Positions 53,457 through 56,710 of a stretch of DNA of 56,710 nucleotides are shown one piece after another. Position numbers and translations under genes: made by a program. Location of the stretch: the NCBI GenBank assembly GCA_964609795.1, contig CAZSTC010000003.1, positions 1 to 56,710 of the forward strand, read 5' to 3'. The notes below the pieces were generated by a model. The model saw only the letters and a program-made list of their open reading frames with translations. It did not search any database and was not told the origin of the DNA. Position 1 is the first letter of the stretch. Each line of letters begins with the position of its first letter. The stretch comes from an uncultured Verrucomicrobiota bacterium (lineage in GTDB: Bacteria; Verrucomicrobiota; Verrucomicrobiia; Limisphaerales; UBA1412).

Positions 53457-55715
53457 TTAAATATGTTTACCTTTATATTTGAAAACGCAGACGCCTAAAG
53501 GAGGAAGTGTCAAAAGCGCAGACCAGGGTTGCCCGTGGTACTCGATTGGCTCAGACTGAATGCCACCGCCATTGCCAGCGTTACTTCCCGCATATACTTC
53601 AGCGTCGCTGTTTAAAATCTCTATCCATTTGCCATTGCGCGGTAAACCAATCCGATATCCATAGCGAGGGATCGGCGTCAAGTTCATAACAACCAAAACC
53701 ACATCATCACTTTTTTGGCCTTCTCTAAAGAAAGAATAGGTACTTTGATGGTAATCACTGCAATCGATCCACTGAAAACCACCAACCCGGTAATCCGAAT
53801 GCCAAAGGGGAGATTCTACTCTGTAAATCTGATTTAAATCAGCGACTAAACGCTGAATTCCGCAGTGGTAAGGTCCCTGTTCCAGAATGTGCCATGGCAG
53901 ACTTTCATTTTCATTCCATTCTGAGCGAGGGCCAAATTCACATCCCATAAAGAGAAGTTTTTTTCCGGGATAAAGCCAATGCCAAGCCAGTAAAGACCGA
54001 AGGTTAGCCGCTTTTTGCCAATCATCTCCGGGCATTTTTTGCATGAGCGACCCTTTTCCGTGAACCACCTCATCATGTGAGAAAGGAAGGATAAAATTTT
54101 CATGATAGTGGTAGAGCATTCCAAAGGTAAGGTTGTTATGATGGAACTTCCTATGGATTGGCTCTTTTTGAAAATAAGCCAGCGTATCGTGCATCCATCC
54201 CATGTTCCATTTGAAATCAAACCCCAAACCGCCCATATATGGAGGCCTTGTGACCTGAGGCCAGGCAGTAGATTCTTCAGCGATTGTAATCACTCCGGGA
54301 TATTCAGTGTGTGCCAAATGATTGAAGTGTTGTAAAAACTCAATGGCCTCCAAGTTTTCACGTCCCCCATACTTGTTAGGCACCCACTCTCCGTGCTTTC
54401 GCGAATAATCTAAGTACAAAATGGATGCCACGGCATCGACGCGCAAGCCATCCACATGATACTTTTCAAGCCAGAAAAGAGCATTTGCTGTCAGGAAGTT
54501 TTTTACCTCGTTGCGCCCGTAGTTAAAAATATAGGTTCCCCAATCCTGGTGATATCCTTGGCGTGGATCTGCATGTTCATAAAGGGCAGTCCCATCAAAA
54601 CGCGCCAGAGCGAAGTCATCCATGGGGAAATGGGCCGGCACCCAATCGACAATGACTCCGATTTGGGCTTGATGCAGTTGGTCTACCAGATACATGAAAT
54701 CTCTTGGTGAACCATAACGGCTGGTAGGAGCGTAATAACCAGTTACCTGATAACCCCAGGAAGGATAGTAGGCGTGCTCGGCGATCGGTAAAAATTCAAC
54801 ATGGGTAAAACCCATTTTTTTCACGTGTTCGATTAGGAGAGGTGCTAATTCTCTGTAGTTGAAAGATGCGAATGCACTTTTTTTCATCCAGGAACCGATG
54901 TGCACTTCGTAGATGGAGATAGGTTCTGCCAACCAGTTTCTACCCACTCTTGACTCCATCCAGTCACGATCCGCCCACTCATAGCCTTCAATATCACAAA
55001 CAATAGAAGCCGTTCGAGGAGCAATTTCAAACTCAAAGCCCATCGGATCGGTCTTCAATCTTAAGGCTCCATTGCAATCATGAAGTTCATATTTGTAACG
55101 GATTCCTGCATCCAGCCCCGGTACAAAAATTTCCCAAATACCAGAAACCCCAAGGGATCGCATCGGATAATACCTTCCATCCCATCCGTTGAAATCACCT
55201 ACAACACTAACTCTCCGCGCATTTGGGGCCCAAACGGCAAATGCCACGCCCTTTACACCATCGTATTCACGAATATGTGCCCCTAATTTGTCAAACAATC
55301 TTCTCTCATCGCCTTTCGCAAAAAGAAATTCAGACTGGTTATCCACACTTGGCAGAAAAGAATATGGATCACGAGTGCGTCGGACCCGGCCTTGAAAATC
55401 TGTAATCACTAAATCGTATGCATAAACTTCGTCACACCCCAAGACTGAGCCTTCAAACAAACCCGAAGGATGAAGTTGAACCAATGGGAAAGAGGGCTTC
55501 CCTTTATCGTGAACAGGTACGACCTCCACCTTAGTGGCATTAGCAAGCATCGCCCGAACTACCACTCCGGTTTGAATTATTGGCTCGGACTTCTTTCTAT
55601 TTGACAATTTTAATGATGGATCAGTTTTGTGAAACAGATGCATTCCGAGCAAGTGATGTGGGTTTTTTTCCCTTACTTGCATGATTGTATCACACTCGCC
55701 TGACGACAAGATCAT
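53457..55715 (-). CDS. glgB: 1,4-alpha-glucan branching enzyme
   Basis: FAVWAPNA, IYEVHIGSW, SWGYQVTGYYAP, DWVPAHF, DGLRVDAVAS, IAEESTAW, LPFSHDEVVHGK. Confidence 0.98.
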   Translation of the reverse strand: MILSSGECDTIMQVREKNPHHLLGMHLFHKTDPSLKLSNRKKSEPIIQTGVVVRAMLANATKVEVVPVHDKGKPSFPLVQLHPSGLFEGSVLGCDEVYAYDLVITDFQGRVRRTRDPYSFLPSVDNQSEFLFAKGDERRLFDKLGAHIREYDGVKGVAFAVWAPNARRVSVVGDFNGWDGRYYPMRSLGVSGIWEIFVPGLDAGIRYKYELHDCNGALRLKTDPMGFEFEIAPRTASIVCDIEGYEWADRDWMESRVGRNWLAEPISIYEVHIGSWMKKSAFASFNYRELAPLLIEHVKKMGFTHVEFLPIAEHAYYPSWGYQVTGYYAPTSRYGSPRDFMYLVDQLHQAQIGVIVDWVPAHFPMDDFALARFDGTALYEHADPRQGYHQDWGTYIFNYGRNEVKNFLTANALFWLEKYHVDGLRVDAVASILYLDYSRKHGEWVPNKYGGRENLEAIEFLQHFNHLAHTEYPGVITIAEESTAWPQVTRPPYMGGLGFDFKWNMGWMHDTLAYFQKEPIHRKFHHNNLTFGMLYHYHENFILPFSHDEVVHGKGSLMQKMPGDDWQKAANLRSLLAWHWLYPGKKLLFMGCEFGPRSEWNENESLPWHILEQGPYHCGIQRLVADLNQIYRVESPLWHSDYRVGGFQWIDCSDYHQSTYSFFREGQKSDDVVLVVMNLTPIPRYGYRIGLPRNGKWIEILNSDAEVYAGSNAGNGGGIQSEPIEYHGQPWSALLTLPPLGVCVFKYKGKHI

Positions 55716-55721
55716 GGTTCA

Positions 55722-55750
55722 AGTCTCTCAAAAAGAGGCCAAATAAGCAA
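55722..55750 (-). promoter_or_regulatory. putative promoter giving leaderless glgB mRNA
   Basis: Minus strand TTGCTT-N17-GAGACT-N6-ATG. Confidence 0.45.
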
Positions 55751-55879
55751 CTTCAATTCCATTCCATTCAGAAGGCCGCATTGCCTCAAAAATATGCGCA
55801 CCGAAAGGGGGAAGAGGGAGTGAGAGAAAAATGTGGTTGCCTTAAAAAAAACGCACAAAACATGTGTATGTCTCTGAAT

Positions 55880-56585
55880 ATGAGTATAGGAGCTACAAAG
55901 AGTACGTTAAATTAAAAGCGAAGCGGTATCGCCTTCTCAGGAGAAAAAAGGCTAAGGGTCAAATACTTAACGAAGTGGTCGAGACAACGGGCTATGACCG
56001 AAAGCATGCCATTCGTCTTTTGCCCAGGAGAAGGCTTGGACGGCCTCGCAAACTGACACCGGAAGACATCTTCGTCATCAAAGAAATCTGGAAAGCGAGT
56101 AAACAACCTTGAGGAAAGCGTTTGAAGGTAGTCTTTGAAGTGTGGCTTCCTTTTTGGGTAAAAGAGCAAGGTCCTTTGCCTGAAGAACTACTTCAGCGCA
56201 TTCTGAACACAGGGCAGCAATCCTTGATCGAGTCCTAGCCTTGATCAAGACCAAACGGAAAAAGCCGTGAGGACCGCCCAGGGGACTTAGAGCTATACAG
56301 GCAGAGATTCCCGACCGTGGTCCGCTGAAGGATGCGGCTGGATAGAAGGCGATACCGCTGCTCATTGTGGCTCAAGCATGAGGGGCTGCTTTGTCTGGAC
56401 ACTAACCTTGACCGATGTCATGAGCCAATGGACCGAACTGGGTGCAACGTGGAATAAGGGACAGTAAAGTGTCGTCCGCTCTTTAGACTTAATACTCAAA
56501 AGGTTCCCATTCCCCTTGAAAGGAATAGACACAGACAATGGAAGCGAGTTTTTGAATGCACACCCGCAGCGCTATTGGAAAAAAA
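55880..56585 (+). pseudogene. decayed rve/DDE integrase-type transposase (IS relic)
   Basis: Reconstructed MSIGATK/EYVKLK..TTGYDRKHAIRLL..QP*GKRL..AAILDRVL..GWIEGDTAAHCG..TLTLTDVMSQWTE..GIDTDNGSEF; stops at 56110, 56268, 56465, about three frameshifts, 3' half missing. Confidence 0.85.
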
Positions 56586-56648
56586 TGAAAAATTTGTATA
56601 AAACGCCCTCTATTTACATACCATCAAGACGTGCTCTATTTTCGAGCC
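56584..56648 (-). repeat. 65-bp dispersed repeat, copy B (inverted relative to A)
   Basis: Reverse complement GGCTCGAAAATAGAGCACGTCTTGATGGTATGTAAATAGAGGGCGTTTT... matches 49315-49379. Confidence 0.8.
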
Positions 56649-56710
56649 TTTTCTCTCACTTTTTGAGACTTGAGTAGCAAGGGTTTTAGCATTTCGTATT
56701 TTAACCTCCT

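Noticed and set aside
56110-56270. Two in-frame TGA codons in P*G context as selenocysteine or stop recoding
   Set aside because: Same relic has frameshifts and a TAA; TGA ends genuine genes elsewhere in the window (e.g. yraN)
211-56365. Many 60-216 aa ORFs antisense or out of frame to the called genes (e.g. 4707-5357, 16414-16944, 20558-21049, 32574-33053)
   Set aside because: Lie wholly within well-supported CDS and show no recognisable motifs; treated as shadow ORFs
1-56710. CRISPR array or cas genes
   Set aside because: No regularly spaced direct repeats with unique spacers and no cas-like ORF seen
56639-56710. Minus-strand AGGAGG followed by an 18-codon ORF (MLKPLLLKSQKVREKARK)
   Set aside because: SD-to-ATG spacing of 12 nt, very short, at the window edge and overlapping repeat sequence; unsupported

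Overview
56.7-kb chromosomal segment of a moderately AT-rich bacterium, inferred to be PVC superphylum and probably Verrucomicrobiota (BamD/LptE pair, PUR-domain protein, Tat-exported Gfo/Idh/MocA protein, CotH/lamin-tail proteins; no search run). About 30 intact CDS, 3 tRNAs (Gly-TCC, Pro-TGG, His-GTG) and one decayed rve/DDE transposase. Left part (1-26.6 kb): ABC-2 efflux trio, thiH, secA, dusB, two diheme cytochrome c peroxidase-like genes, GH127 and DUF2961/GH172-type glycosidases, an enolase-superfamily enzyme, bamD-lptE, mscL-mscS, a PUR protein, a GLUG/Ig surface protein and an oxidoreductase. The dominant feature is a ~21.4-kb tandem array (26820-48182) of four large secreted paralogues built around an intact CotH-type kinase domain with lamin-tail, FN3-like, jelly-roll, Ig, LamG, MBG and BACON modules. 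The paralogues are module-by-module mosaics, share a ~65-aa C-terminal domain ending in an aromatic-aromatic-(R) strand (candidate sorting signal), and run directly into rnhB-yraN. Right end: ilvN, two tRNAs, a glgB-aminopeptidase-def-pilT operon and an IS relic whose flanks share a repeat with the yraN-ilvN spacer. No CRISPR array, rRNA, reverse transcriptase or intact mobile element seen.
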